Below are positions 1 to 9,108 of a stretch of 32,000 bases of DNA, piece by piece. The notes under the pieces are model-generated. The model made no database searches. It was not told the DNA's origin and saw only the letters and a list, made by a program, of their open reading frames with translations. The DNA lies in contig NZ_CP011492.1 of the NCBI RefSeq assembly GCF_001011035.1, positions 4,459,516 to 4,491,515 on the forward strand, written 5' to 3'. Origin of the DNA: Streptomyces sp. CNQ-509 (lineage in GTDB: Bacteria > Actinomycetota > Actinomycetes > Streptomycetales > Streptomycetaceae). Position 1 is the first letter of the stretch; each line of letters opens with the position of its first letter. The position numbers and the translations under genes are program-made.

Positions 1-22
1 ACGGGCGGCGGAGCTGTGCGGG

Positions 23-562
23 GTGTGCATGGGGGACTTGCACTGGGAGAACGGCCAATGGGGCCGATTCGTCGTGCAGGGCAAGGGGTCGCGTGGCTCA
101 GGGCCCAGGCCGCGCGAGGCGTACATGTTCCGGGAGGGCCGAGAGCTGCTCTGGTGGTACGTCGAGGAGGTACGGGGGAAGTTCGGGGATGATGCCGAGC
201 ACCCGCGGGCCCCGCTGTGGCCCTCCGAACGCAGCCCGAAGGCGGTTTCCGCGCTGAACGTCCAGATCGCGCCGGCACTCCAGCCGCCGGCCTTCCGCCG
301 GCTGCTGCACAACGCGGCAGCCGCGTATCTACGAGGGCCGGTCACCGACCTGTTTCCGCACCTGTTGCGGCACGCGTGCGCGACGCACAACTACGAGCGC
401 GGGATGACGTTGTGGGAGGTCCAGCGCGTCCTCGGGCACGACTGGGCGACTACCACGGTCCGGTACATGGCGACCGCCCATGCGGACCCGGAGGGTGCAC
501 ATGTGGCTGCCAGCACCCGCGCGGCCCAGCGGCTGGTGATGGACAAGGGGAATCTTCGGTGA
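23..562 (+). CDS. Tyrosine recombinase/integrase, C-terminal catalytic part (probably truncated by the window start)
   Basis: Contains HLLRHACATHNYERGMTLWEVQRVLGHDWATTTVRYM, matching the tyrosine-recombinase HxLRH ... LGH ... Y signature. The N-terminal half is missing, so the true start probably lies before base 1. Confidence 0.85.
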   Translation: MCMGDLHWENGQWGRFVVQGKGSRGSGPRPREAYMFREGRELLWWYVEEVRGKFGDDAEHPRAPLWPSERSPKAVSALNVQIAPALQPPAFRRLLHNAAAAYLRGPVTDLFPHLLRHACATHNYERGMTLWEVQRVLGHDWATTTVRYMATAHADPEGAHVAASTRAAQRLVMDKGNLR

Positions 563-900
563 AGTGGAATCTGCGGATGGTGGCGGCCCAGCGCGATCTG
601 TGGCGCCCCACGGAGCTGCTGGAGGCTTTCAAGACGGTGGACTTCACGCCGTCGCTGAGCAAGGTCGCCGCGATGTGGAGCGGCAAGCCGGTCACCGTCC
701 GCTTGGACGACCTGGACAAGATCTGTGCCGTGCTGGAGTGCACCGTGGGCGACCTGCTCCAGGCTGAGCCACTCTCGGCCGAGCACGGCCAGACGACGCT
801 GCCCGCGGCCCGGGCGGTCGGCGCTCCCGAACCGGGCACCGGCCCGGTGCGCCCCAGCCCGCGTAAGAAGAGCGGCCCGCGCTCGCTGCCGCCGAACTGA
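559..900 (+). CDS. XRE/Cro-C1-like helix-turn-helix regulator
   Basis: GTG at 559 overlaps the recombinase stop (GTGA). Protein VKWNLRMVAAQRDLWRPTELLEAF...MWSGKPVTVRLDDLDKICAVLECTVGDLL is typical of small XRE-type regulators. Confidence 0.75.
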   Translation: MKWNLRMVAAQRDLWRPTELLEAFKTVDFTPSLSKVAAMWSGKPVTVRLDDLDKICAVLECTVGDLLQAEPLSAEHGQTTLPAARAVGAPEPGTGPVRPSPRKKSGPRSLPPN

Positions 901-902
901 GC

Positions 903-3257
903 ATGTCGGCTGCGCATGAACCCCGGCAGTGCCGGGAGTGCCTGGGGTGGGGGCTGCTAGGCAGGCAGCGCGTCTGCCACGGCTGCAGTGCGTGGCGCCA
1001 GCTTCACGCGCAGCGAGGGCGGTGCCCGCGCTGCTGTCACACCCGGCATCTGAACTCCGACCCGCTGTGCCGAGCGTGTCTCCATGCGGTCCGGCTGGAG
1101 AGGGACACCGAGTGGGTCTCCGCCGCACAGACGTGCCGGCCGCGTGACCTCCAGCTTCTGGTGATCTTCTACGGCCTGGCAGCGACGCACGCGCAGCCGC
1201 TGCGCAAGTACGGCCGGCGCACGGTCGGCGGGCGCGAGCGGCTGCACTGGGTGGAGGCCCGCAACGCCCGTCAGGGTCCTTGCCGCGACGACCCGGCCGT
1301 GCTGCCGCCCGTGCTGCGAGGGCAGCTCTCCCTCTTCCCCGTCCGGCATCAGTTGTCCATCCAGGTCTGCCGCCGCATTCTGCAACGCCCGTTGGACGGC
1401 TACGACGAGCTGGTCGAGCACACCGCCGCCTTCGCCGCGGACACCGGTATCGGCAAGCCGATGCAGCGCAAACTGGTCGAGATGCTCCGACTTGCGCTCG
1501 CCGTCCGCGATGCCGACGGCGACGACCTGGTCGACGAGCGTGTCTTGGGCGACATCCCCAACTTCACCCGCTCGGTGCGAGCGATCCTGCAGCGGGCCGA
1601 GATGCTGCGGCCAGAGCCACCTCTTCCGCCCTTCTACCACCGCGTCCCCAGCCCGCGGCCCCGCCTTGCCCAGCGCCGCGTTCGGCCCCTACGTGCTCCA
1701 ACACAGCCGGATCCGACTCCGCGATCGTGCGTTCTGTGCGACTGCTGGTTCAGCGCCTCGCGACGAGGCCGGTGCCTGCGGTGCAGCCAGGCGGGCGGGC
1801 TCGGCGCCGCGGCGGCGATGTGCGGTCGCTGCCGACGCTCCGCCGGGCCCCTCATCGACGGGCGGTGCCGCGGCTGCCGAATTCACATCGCGGTCCACGG
1901 CCCCGGCGCCGAGCACGAGCCCTTCACGCAGCTCTGGTTCGGCGAACCCCTTCCGACGGGCCTCGCTCTCCTACGCCGCCCTGCCACGTCCGCCGCCACC
2001 GAGCACGGCGGACGACCGGTATCGGAGCACCTGGCCTTCCCCGGCCAGCAGGCGCTGTTCGAGGCACGACGCGACTGGCGCCGACTCGCCTACACGCCCG
2101 CTCATCTGCTGCCGACACTGACGCCAGCGGCGGAGACGCTGCTGGCCGAACTCGCCTCCCAGGCGCAACGGGAACGGTGGGAGAAGGGCCCCGTCACCTC
2201 CACCCGACAGACGCTGACCATCCTGCTGTCATGGCTGGGCGCCAACACCCCCGTCCGGGAGACCGACCTGCACGACCTGGCCCAAACCAAGGAGCATCTC
2301 AGCGCCCGGCGCGCAGCCCGCTTCCTGCACGAGCGCGGTCTGCTCATCGTCGACCCGAACCTCCACCGGGACAGCGACCAAGATCGTGTGGAGCGCGAGC
2401 TGGCCGCCTTCCCGGAAACGATCGGCCGCGAGCTGCGCGCGTGGGTGCGCGCTGTCCGGGGCGAAGGCAGATGGGAGCGACCCGGGCGCAGCTACCACAG
2501 CATCGCCCGCTACGTCGGCGTACTCAAGCCCGTGCTGGACCGGTGGATCGACAACGGCATCGACAGTCTCCGGACCGTCACCCGCCAGGACATCGAAGAG
2601 GCCATCGCCACCCGGACGGGCACACCGGCCCGAGCCATCCACATCGTGCTCCGCAACGTCTTCCGAGCCCTTCGCCAGGAACGCTTGATCTTCCGTGACC
2701 CCACCCGCGGACTCGTGTTCTCCGGCATCACCACGGTGCCGCCGTCGGTCCCCTCCGACCGGCTAGCCGGACTCCTCGACCGCGCTCGCAGCGCTTTCGA
2801 CCACGTCGTCATCGTCCTGGTCTGCGTCCACGCGCTGAACGGCACTGATATCCGCCGCCTGTTCCTGTCCGACCTCGACCTACCACGCGAGCGGCTCCTG
2901 GTCCGCCGGCCGGGCCGGCGGCACGTCATCTACCTCGACGAGACCACCTACCGCAGCGTCGCGGAGTGGACCCGGGAGCGGCACCGCCGCTGGCCTGCCT
3001 CCGCCAACCCACACCTGCTGATCAACCGTTGGACCGCAGTCGACCCGAACGCCGCCATCACTACCGCCGCGCTGCACGGGACCTTCCAGCACGCCGGGGT
3101 ATCGATGCAGACCGCGCGCCAGGACCGCATCCTCCACGAAGCCTACGAGACCGAAGACCCCCTGCATCTGATCCGTCTGTTCGGAATCAGCGCCACCACC
3201 GCGATGCGGTACATCACGGCGGCCCACCCCGAGCGCACCGCGAAGCTCCTCCTTTAG
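903..3257 (+). CDS. Zinc-finger-rich, degenerate tyrosine-recombinase-like protein (784 aa)
   Basis: Starts 2 nt after the previous stop. Multiple CxxC motifs (CREC, CHGC, CPRC, CRAC; CVLCDC, CLRC, CGRC, CRGC) precede a recombinase-like C-terminus ending LIRLFGISATTAMRYITAAHPER. Confidence 0.7.
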   Translation: MSAAHEPRQCRECLGWGLLGRQRVCHGCSAWRQLHAQRGRCPRCCHTRHLNSDPLCRACLHAVRLERDTEWVSAAQTCRPRDLQLLVIFYGLAATHAQPLRKYGRRTVGGRERLHWVEARNARQGPCRDDPAVLPPVLRGQLSLFPVRHQLSIQVCRRILQRPLDGYDELVEHTAAFAADTGIGKPMQRKLVEMLRLALAVRDADGDDLVDERVLGDIPNFTRSVRAILQRAEMLRPEPPLPPFYHRVPSPRPRLAQRRVRPLRAPTQPDPTPRSCVLCDCWFSASRRGRCLRCSQAGGLGAAAAMCGRCRRSAGPLIDGRCRGCRIHIAVHGPGAEHEPFTQLWFGEPLPTGLALLRRPATSAATEHGGRPVSEHLAFPGQQALFEARRDWRRLAYTPAHLLPTLTPAAETLLAELASQAQRERWEKGPVTSTRQTLTILLSWLGANTPVRETDLHDLAQTKEHLSARRAARFLHERGLLIVDPNLHRDSDQDRVERELAAFPETIGRELRAWVRAVRGEGRWERPGRSYHSIARYVGVLKPVLDRWIDNGIDSLRTVTRQDIEEAIATRTGTPARAIHIVLRNVFRALRQERLIFRDPTRGLVFSGITTVPPSVPSDRLAGLLDRARSAFDHVVIVLVCVHALNGTDIRRLFLSDLDLPRERLLVRRPGRRHVIYLDETTYRSVAEWTRERHRRWPASANPHLLINRWTAVDPNAAITTAALHGTFQHAGVSMQTARQDRILHEAYETEDPLHLIRLFGISATTAMRYITAAHPERTAKLLL

Positions 3258-3480
3258 TGCCCGACCGAAGTCACTGACGTGATCTTTCGACGGGGGTGAA
3301 AGGTGAGCCGCCCGGCGGCGGGCCGGAGAAACCAAGCGGTAACTGGATGGGGAAGAACGCCCGTCCGTTCCTGGCCGTGCTCGCCCTGACGTTCCTCGGC
3401 GGGTGGTGTGCGGCGGGGTCACGCAAGGGCTCCACTTCGCTGCAGAGGCACCTGGCACAGACCGTGGCGAGTGCTCAGTA

Positions 3481-3502
3481 CCTGACGCTGTCGGGGATCT
3501 TG
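3481..3502 (+). repeat. IS1182-like left terminal inverted repeat
   Basis: CCTGACGCTGTCGGGGATCTTG; exact inverse of 5593-5614. Confidence 0.85.
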
Positions 3503-3632
3503 GGCGAGCGCGGTTTTGGGAGATCAACGAGCTGAATGGGCGGGCGCCGCGGGAGTGCTGTGCCAGAGTGTGCTCCGGCCTTCGGGGCCGGTCTGGGTGA
3601 AGGTGATGGCGAGCACCTTCAGGATGATCAGC

Positions 3633-5315
3633 TCATCGTGCGGGGCGGGTGGCGACGCGCCAGGAGTGGGGCCGGGGGATGCGCTGCCAGTCGAGGAAGC
3701 CCTGGAGAGCCGTTGGATTTCGGGGCTGGCGAGTCGGCGCTGGCGGAAGATGGGTGCCGATGCGTTCGAGGTTGACCGCGATGGCGGTCAGGACGTGCTG
3801 GACATGGGCCTTGTCCTCGCTGCGGTAGCGGCACTGGCGCATGCCGTGGCCGTTGACGAACTCGCTGATCGTGCTCTCGATGGCAGCCCGCAGCGAGTAG
3901 CGCGAGAGCCACTCCTGGGTCTGCTGCTCGGTCCGGGACTCGGACTGGATGTCGTAGAGATCGCGCGGGAGGAAGGAGACCTTCCGGGCGTCGGTGCGGG
4001 TGCAGGCGGCCTTCACCGGGCATTGCCGGCAGTCGTCCGGGGCGAACTCAGCGTTGACGTAGGGCGCGAGGGAGGGCGGTGTTGACCAGCGGCGGCTCAC
4101 CTTGCCCTGCGGGCAGGTGACCTGCTTCGCATCCCAGTTGATGTTGAATGCTTCGCGGTGGAAGACGGTGCCCTTGCGGGACTGGCGGGTGCTCCTGGCC
4201 CGGATCGGTCCGACCAGGCCGACGCCGTGTTCGCGGGCGAGCTGCTGTTTCAGCGCGACGGAGAGGTAGCCGCCGTCGACGAAGTGTTCCTTCGACAGCA
4301 GATTCCGCTCATCGAGGTTGGCCAGGATGCCGGGAAGGGCCTTGGTGTCGTGGACGGGAGCCTTGGTGGTGGTGACGTCCGTGATCACGCTGGGGGTGTC
4401 CGGGTCGCAGGTCTCGGTGACGTGCGCGAGGAAGCCCTTCCAGCGGGTCTCGCCGCGGCGTGCGTAGCGGGCGCTGACGTCGTAGGGCGAGACGATGGCG
4501 ACGGCCGAGGGCGGCAGGCCGGCGCCCTCGGCTTCGCGCCACTTCGGTCGGTCCTTGGCGTCGAGGTGGTAGTTCTGCACGAAGATCTGCCGCAGGGCCT
4601 GGATCTGCTCTCCGTCGCGAAGAGCGGGCAGCTAGCGGTGGACGTAGCGCAGGAGCAGGCGGACGTCCTCGCCGGTCTCGTTGATCCGGGTCTTCGGCTT
4701 GGAGGGGTTCTTGCCGAGGCGGGCCGCGCGTCCGTAGCGCTTGCCCCAGTCCTCGGTCACGAGGCCGACCAGCTCGTGCGGCGCCCGGCGGGCGAGTTCC
4801 TCCAGGGTGGCGCGCATGGCCTCGGTGACCAGCTCCAGGCGGGTCAGGTCGCGGACCGCGGCCAGGACGTGGGTGGAGTCGGTGCGCTGCCGGCCGCGCT
4901 GCCGGACCAGGCCGACGGCCCGGATCTTCTCCAGTGCGAGGTCGAGCAGCTTGTCGGCGCGGCCTTACTCGGCCAGGCGCTCGCGGAAGTCGGTGAGGAC
5001 GCTGTGGTGGAAGCCGGGATCCTCCAGCTCCATGCCCAGGGCGTACTTGAAGTCGATGCGGTTGCGCACGGACTCGGCGGCCTGCCGGTCGGACAGCTCC
5101 AGCAAGAACTGCAAGACCGACACCGTGGCCAACTGGGCAGGTGACAGGCCCGGCTTGCCGTCTCTGGGATACCACTCCTCGAAGTCCTCATCGCTCCACA
5201 GACCGTTGAGGTGGTCGCGGATGGCCATGGCCGTGGTGCCCTGAGGGTTGCTCGCCCGCGCCACCCGCACCGTCAGCTCGGGAACCACACAGCCGGTACG
5301 GGAACGAACGCACAT
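3633..5315 (-). pseudogene. IS1182-family transposase interrupted by two in-frame stops
   Basis: ORFs 5315-4965, 4817-4632 and 4580-3633 share one minus-strand frame, separated by TAA (4965-4967) and TAG (4632-4634). Readthrough peptide: LWSDEDFEEWYPRDGKPGLSPAQLATVSVLQFLLELSDRQAAESVRNRIDFKYALG...LLLRYVHR*LPALRDGEQIQALRQIF... Confidence 0.85.
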
Positions 5316-5592
5316 CTCGGACCTCCGAAGTCGCGGGCCCCAACCGTGCCACCAGCGCCGACCACCAGATCCGTGATTCTCGGGTCGGCCGCCACGAACG
5401 GGTGACCACCCATCGACACACTCGCCACTACAGTCACACCGGCATCACGGAGCACGAACGATGCGTTCGCCCAACGGTCACCGGGTCCATGGGAGGCATA
5501 CCGCCGGGCAACCGACCCGTCCACCGACCACCTGACCAGGAAGAACGAACCGTCTACGTGACGTGCTCGCCGTGATCGACTGAACCGGATTT

Positions 5593-5614
5593 CAAGATCC
5601 CCGACAGCGTCAGG
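5593..5614 (-). repeat. IS1182-like right terminal inverted repeat
   Basis: CAAGATCCCCGACAGCGTCAGG, reverse complement of 3481-3502. Confidence 0.85.
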
Positions 5615-5754
5615 CTCTCAGTTCATCCTGATGTCGTAGAGCAAAGCCGACAGGGCCCCCAAGGAGTGTTGCTCCATCGGGGGGCATCCGTGGTGGTCTG
5701 CCGGTCGATGTCTGGAGGTTGTTACCCCGGCCGGCTGGTCAGCCGGGCCGTGTG

Positions 5755-6399
5755 TCAGCAGCAGCCGTGGGGGGTGGGGTCGCCGGCCTGGATCTGTTCG
5801 ATGATCGGGCGTCCGATCTCGAAGGCTTCCGTGACCGTCAGCACCCGTGCTTCGGGGTGCTCGTGGAGCCAGTCCTTCGCGGAGTCTGCGCTGGCGAAGA
5901 AGTGGACTTGGTTGCAGAAGGAGGTGCGCACCGAGCTGGGTGTTTCGGGGGCGACCAGTGAGACGACGGCTGTGGCGGGGTGCACCTGGGAGGGGCCGTC
6001 GGGGGTCACGGTCACGCGGACCGGTTCTCCTGTGGCACGGCATGGGGAGGTCACCTGCGCGGTGTGGTTCAGGACGGCGGGGAAGGCGAGGGTGTCCAGT
6101 GCGCACCAGGTGTAGAAGGTGCGGCCGCCGGTCTCGTAGCGGTGGGGGGTGGGGTTGAATGTCAGTCCGAAGCCGATGATGCGTCCCTGCGTGTCGTACT
6201 CGGTGTCGGGCATGCACGCCAGCGTGTGGCGGATGTCCTCCTCGCTGCGGCCCGCGTGTTCGGCGAGCTGGCTGATCGTGACGGGCTCGCGGGTGGCCAG
6301 CAATGTCAAGAGCGGGCGGAGCAGCGGCATGGTCAGGCCCGGTGCGTTGCCCAGCGAGGTGGTGAAGCGGGCGGCGAACGCCTGGGGGTCGGTGTTCAC
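5755..6399 (-). CDS. merB: Organomercurial (alkylmercury) lyase MerB
   Basis: TFYTWCALDTLAFPAVLNHTAQVTSPC...SFCNQVHFFASADSAKDWLHEHP matches MerB with its conserved Cys pair; located downstream of merA. Confidence 0.93.
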   Translation of the reverse strand: MNTDPQAFAARFTTSLGNAPGLTMPLLRPLLTLLATREPVTISQLAEHAGRSEEDIRHTLACMPDTEYDTQGRIIGFGLTFNPTPHRYETGGRTFYTWCALDTLAFPAVLNHTAQVTSPCRATGEPVRVTVTPDGPSQVHPATAVVSLVAPETPSSVRTSFCNQVHFFASADSAKDWLHEHPEARVLTVTEAFEIGRPIIEQIQAGDPTPHGCC

Positions 6400-6506
6400 G
6401 GCGTACTCCTTCTGTGCCTGGAGGCGGAAGTGGTGCGTTCGCTGGCGACCGTAGGGTCTGACCCCGGTGGGAGGGTCAAGTCGGCGCCGCTTTACCAGCG
6501 GGCGGT

Positions 6507-6923
6507 TCAGCAGATGTCGCAGGCGGCCGTCTCCTCCTGGTGGGCGGCCTGGTATTCCTCAATGCGGCGCAGCATGCGCTGCTGGGCAGCGATGCGCTGC
6601 TCCAGTCGTGCCCGGGAGCGGGCCAGGAACTGGGTGAAGCGCGGGCTGGCGGGACTGGCCGTGACGTTGTCATCCTCGCGCGAGGCGGTGGTCAGGTCTC
6701 GGATCTCGGCGACGGTGAGGCCCAAGCCGCGCAGTGTGCCGATCCGGTGCACGCACCACAGCGCATGGTCGTCGTAGAGCCGGTAGTTTGCCGGGCTGCG
6801 GCCCTGGCTGCAGATCAGTCCGAGGTCGGTGTACGCGCGCAGCGACTTGATTGGTACACCGGTGCGGCGGGACAGCTCCCCGACCGTCATCAGGCGTGTC
6901 CCGCGTCCTTCGTTGATCGACAC
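6507..6923 (-). CDS. MerR-family transcriptional regulator
   Basis: MTVGELSRRTGVPIKSLRAYTDLGLICSQGRSPANYRLYDDHALWCVHRIGTLRGLGLTVAEI is a canonical MerR HTH; the C-terminus ends CDIC. Confidence 0.85.
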   Translation of the reverse strand: MSINEGRGTRLMTVGELSRRTGVPIKSLRAYTDLGLICSQGRSPANYRLYDDHALWCVHRIGTLRGLGLTVAEIRDLTTASREDDNVTASPASPRFTQFLARSRARLEQRIAAQQRMLRRIEEYQAAHQEETAACDIC

Positions 6924-6939
6924 CTTGTCTTCTTCTCCG

Positions 6940-8379
6940 TCAGGCGCAGCAGGACAGCGTGGACAAGTCCCTGGTATAGCTCTGGGCGGCCAGCTTCAGT
7001 CCTTCGGCCATGGTCAGGTACGGGTTCCACGATTCGGCGAGCTGCTGCACGGTCATCCGGTTGCTCAGGGCATAGCTGGCAGCGGTGATCACGTCCCCGG
7101 CGCCGTCGGCGACGGTGTGGGCGCCGAGCAGGCGGCCGGTGCCGCGTTCGGCGACGAGCTTGATCAGGCCGCGGGTGTCGCGGTTGACAAGCGCTCTGGG
7201 TACAAACGAAAGGGGCAGGATTCGGCAGTCGCAGGCGTAGCCGCGCTCGACGGCCTGGCCGTCGGTCATGCCGACGGCGGCGATCGCGGGCGTGGTGAAG
7301 GTGACGCGTGGCAGGTGCCGGTAGTCCAGGGTGCGCCGGGTGTCGTCAAGGGCGTTGTCGGCAACGAGCCTGCCGTGGGCGGCGGCGACGTAGACGTACT
7401 GGGGTTGCCCGGTGACGTCGCCCGCGGCCCAGATCCGGGGGTTGGTGGTGCGCAGTTGCTCGTCTACCAGGACCTCACCGCGCTCGCCGGTCTTGACGCC
7501 GACGCTCGCCAGCGCCAGTCCGTCGGTGACCGGGCGGCGGCCGGTCGCGACCAGCACCCGCTCCGCGCGCAGTTCGTCCGCCTGGCCGCCGCGGGTCATC
7601 GTCACGGTGTACCCGTCGGCCGTGCGGCGTACGGCGGTGACGCGGGCGGCAGTGTGCACGTCGATCCCGTCGTCCCGGAAGACGTCTTCGAGGACCGCGG
7701 AGACCTCCGGCTCCTCGAACGGCGCCAGCCGGTTCAGTGCCTCCACGACGGTGACCTTCGTGCCTAGGTGGGCGAAGAGCTGGGCCTGCTCCAGCCCGAC
7801 GGCATTGCCGCCGATCACGATCATCGACTCGGGCAGGCGCTGAAGCTCCATCGCTGTGGCGGAGGTCAGGTACCCGGCCTCCGCCAGACCGTCGATCGCC
7901 GGCGCCCAGGGGGCAGAGCCGGTGGCGACCACATGGTGCGTGGCCTCGATCGTGGTGGCGCCGCCGTCGTGGCGGGCCACGCGAAGCGTCATGGCGTTGA
8001 CGTCGCCCGTGCCGGTGAAGGCGGCGGTGCCGCGGATGATCTCCCAGCCGTGCTCTGCCGCCAGATCGACGTATTTTTCTGCCCGCATCCCCTCCACCAG
8101 CGTGTCCTTGGCACGCATCAGGGCCGGGAGGTCGACTGGGCCGGGCGTGGTGCGGATGCCGGGGAAGGGCTGGGTGGAGGCACGGTGCCGGGTCTCGGCG
8201 GCGGCCAGCAGCGCTTTGGAGGGGACGCATCCGCTGTTCACGCAGGTGCCGCCCGTCGTCCCGCGCTCGATCATGACCACCGACCGGTCCTTGGTGCGGG
8301 CGGCGATCGCGGCGGCGAAGCCTGCCGCCCCGGAACCGATGACCGCCAGGTCGTAGCCGCTCTTCGGCTCTCTCACCAC
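6940..8379 (-). CDS. merA: Mercury(II) reductase MerA
   Basis: YDLAVIGSGAAGFAAAIAA, GTCVNSGCVPSKALL redox-active Cys pair and C-terminal SCCA. GTG start at 8379 follows AGGAGG; the longer ORF to 8658 overlaps the divergent regulator and is unlikely. Confidence 0.95.
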   Translation of the reverse strand: MVREPKSGYDLAVIGSGAAGFAAAIAARTKDRSVVMIERGTTGGTCVNSGCVPSKALLAAAETRHRASTQPFPGIRTTPGPVDLPALMRAKDTLVEGMRAEKYVDLAAEHGWEIIRGTAAFTGTGDVNAMTLRVARHDGGATTIEATHHVVATGSAPWAPAIDGLAEAGYLTSATAMELQRLPESMIVIGGNAVGLEQAQLFAHLGTKVTVVEALNRLAPFEEPEVSAVLEDVFRDDGIDVHTAARVTAVRRTADGYTVTMTRGGQADELRAERVLVATGRRPVTDGLALASVGVKTGERGEVLVDEQLRTTNPRIWAAGDVTGQPQYVYVAAAHGRLVADNALDDTRRTLDYRHLPRVTFTTPAIAAVGMTDGQAVERGYACDCRILPLSFVPRALVNRDTRGLIKLVAERGTGRLLGAHTVADGAGDVITAASYALSNRMTVQQLAESWNPYLTMAEGLKLAAQSYTRDLSTLSCCA

Positions 8380-8438
8380 AGTCGCCTCCTGTCCGCACTT
8401 CCTGCTATGCGGCTTGCCGAATTCCAACCTGCCACATA

Positions 8439-8458
8439 CTATTCGTTTGGGCGAATAG
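8439..8458. promoter_or_regulatory. Putative operator between merA and the arsR-family gene
   Basis: CTATTCG-TTTGGG-CGAATAG: 7-bp perfect inverted repeat in the merA/regulator intergenic region. Confidence 0.6.
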
Positions 8459-8476
8459 AAAGGAAGGTGTGTCCGT

Positions 8477-8854
8477 GTGAGCGCCACCCGCGTTCCTCCG
8501 GCCGCCCAGGCGCCTGCCGATCCGGTCGCCTGCTCGCACACCGATACCGTTGCGCGTTTCTTCCGTGCGCTGGCTGACCCCACCCGGCTGCGCCTGCTGG
8601 AGTTCGTTCTCGACGGCGAGCGCACCGCCGCTGAGTGTGTCGCCCATGTAGGGATCACTCAGCCACGCGTATCAGTCCACCTGTCCTGTTTGGTTGACTG
8701 CGGCTACCTGGTGGCCCGTCGCGATGGCAGGAAGCTGCTGTACTCCGTTGGTGACCCGCGGACAGCTGACCTCGTCGTGCTGGCCCGTGCGCTGGCTGCC
8801 GACAACGCCACCGCGCTGGACTGCTGTACCCGTATCCCGCGGCACCCGGGCTGA
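8477..8854 (+). CDS. ArsR/SmtB-family mercury-responsive repressor (Streptomyces MerR type)
   Basis: VARFFRALADPTRLRLLEFVLDGERTAAECVAHVGITQPRVSVHLSCLVDCGYLVARRDGRKLLYSV...LDCC: ArsR winged helix with Cys residues; divergent from merA. Confidence 0.88.
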   Translation: MSATRVPPAAQAPADPVACSHTDTVARFFRALADPTRLRLLEFVLDGERTAAECVAHVGITQPRVSVHLSCLVDCGYLVARRDGRKLLYSVGDPRTADLVVLARALAADNATALDCCTRIPRHPG

Positions 8855-8867
8855 GTAGGCCGGACCG

Positions 8868-8900
8868 GGCCGCCCATCGGCGGAGAGCGGATGGGCGGTC
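8868..8900 (+). terminator. Putative intrinsic stem-loop downstream of the arsR-family gene
   Basis: CCGCCCATC (8870-8878) pairs with GATGGGCGG (8890-8898) across an 11-nt loop; no U tract, common in high-GC actinobacteria. Confidence 0.45.
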
Positions 8901-9108
8901 GGGCAGAGCGTCCCTCGCTGGGGACGGGTTGGGCCGTCGCGTCTCACGGATGCATGTTCCACCCGGACACGTCGTCTCCTGGCTGTGCCCGATTCGGTCG
9001 GCTGGGCAACTGTCGTTGCCGTGAATCTCGGAGGTAGGCGGCTGGATTGACGAGTCCCGTCCGGTCGCTCGTGATCGGACGGGACTCGAGTGTCGTGGGC
9101 CCGACGGG

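Larger units (their letters stand above)
3481..5614 (-). mobile_element. IS1182-like insertion sequence (degenerate)
   Basis: Perfect 22-bp terminal inverted repeats CCTGACGCTGTCGGGGATCTTG at 3481-3502 and, inverted, at 5593-5614, enclosing a broken IS1182-type transposase frame. Confidence 0.85.

Noticed and set aside
1280-2698. 472-aa plus-strand ORF inside the 784-aa gene
   Set aside because: Arg/Pro/Ala-rich alternative frame without domain motifs; the 903-3257 frame has ordered CxxC clusters and a recombinase-like C-terminus.
4632-4967. In-frame TAG and TAA in the transposase read as stop-codon recoding or programmed readthrough
   Set aside because: Two different stop codons in an IS transposase with no recoding signal are better explained by decay.
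8380-8658. N-terminal extension of MerA to 8658
   Set aside because: It runs through the operator palindrome and the divergent ArsR-family gene and lacks a metal-binding motif; GTG 8379 has an AGGAGG site.
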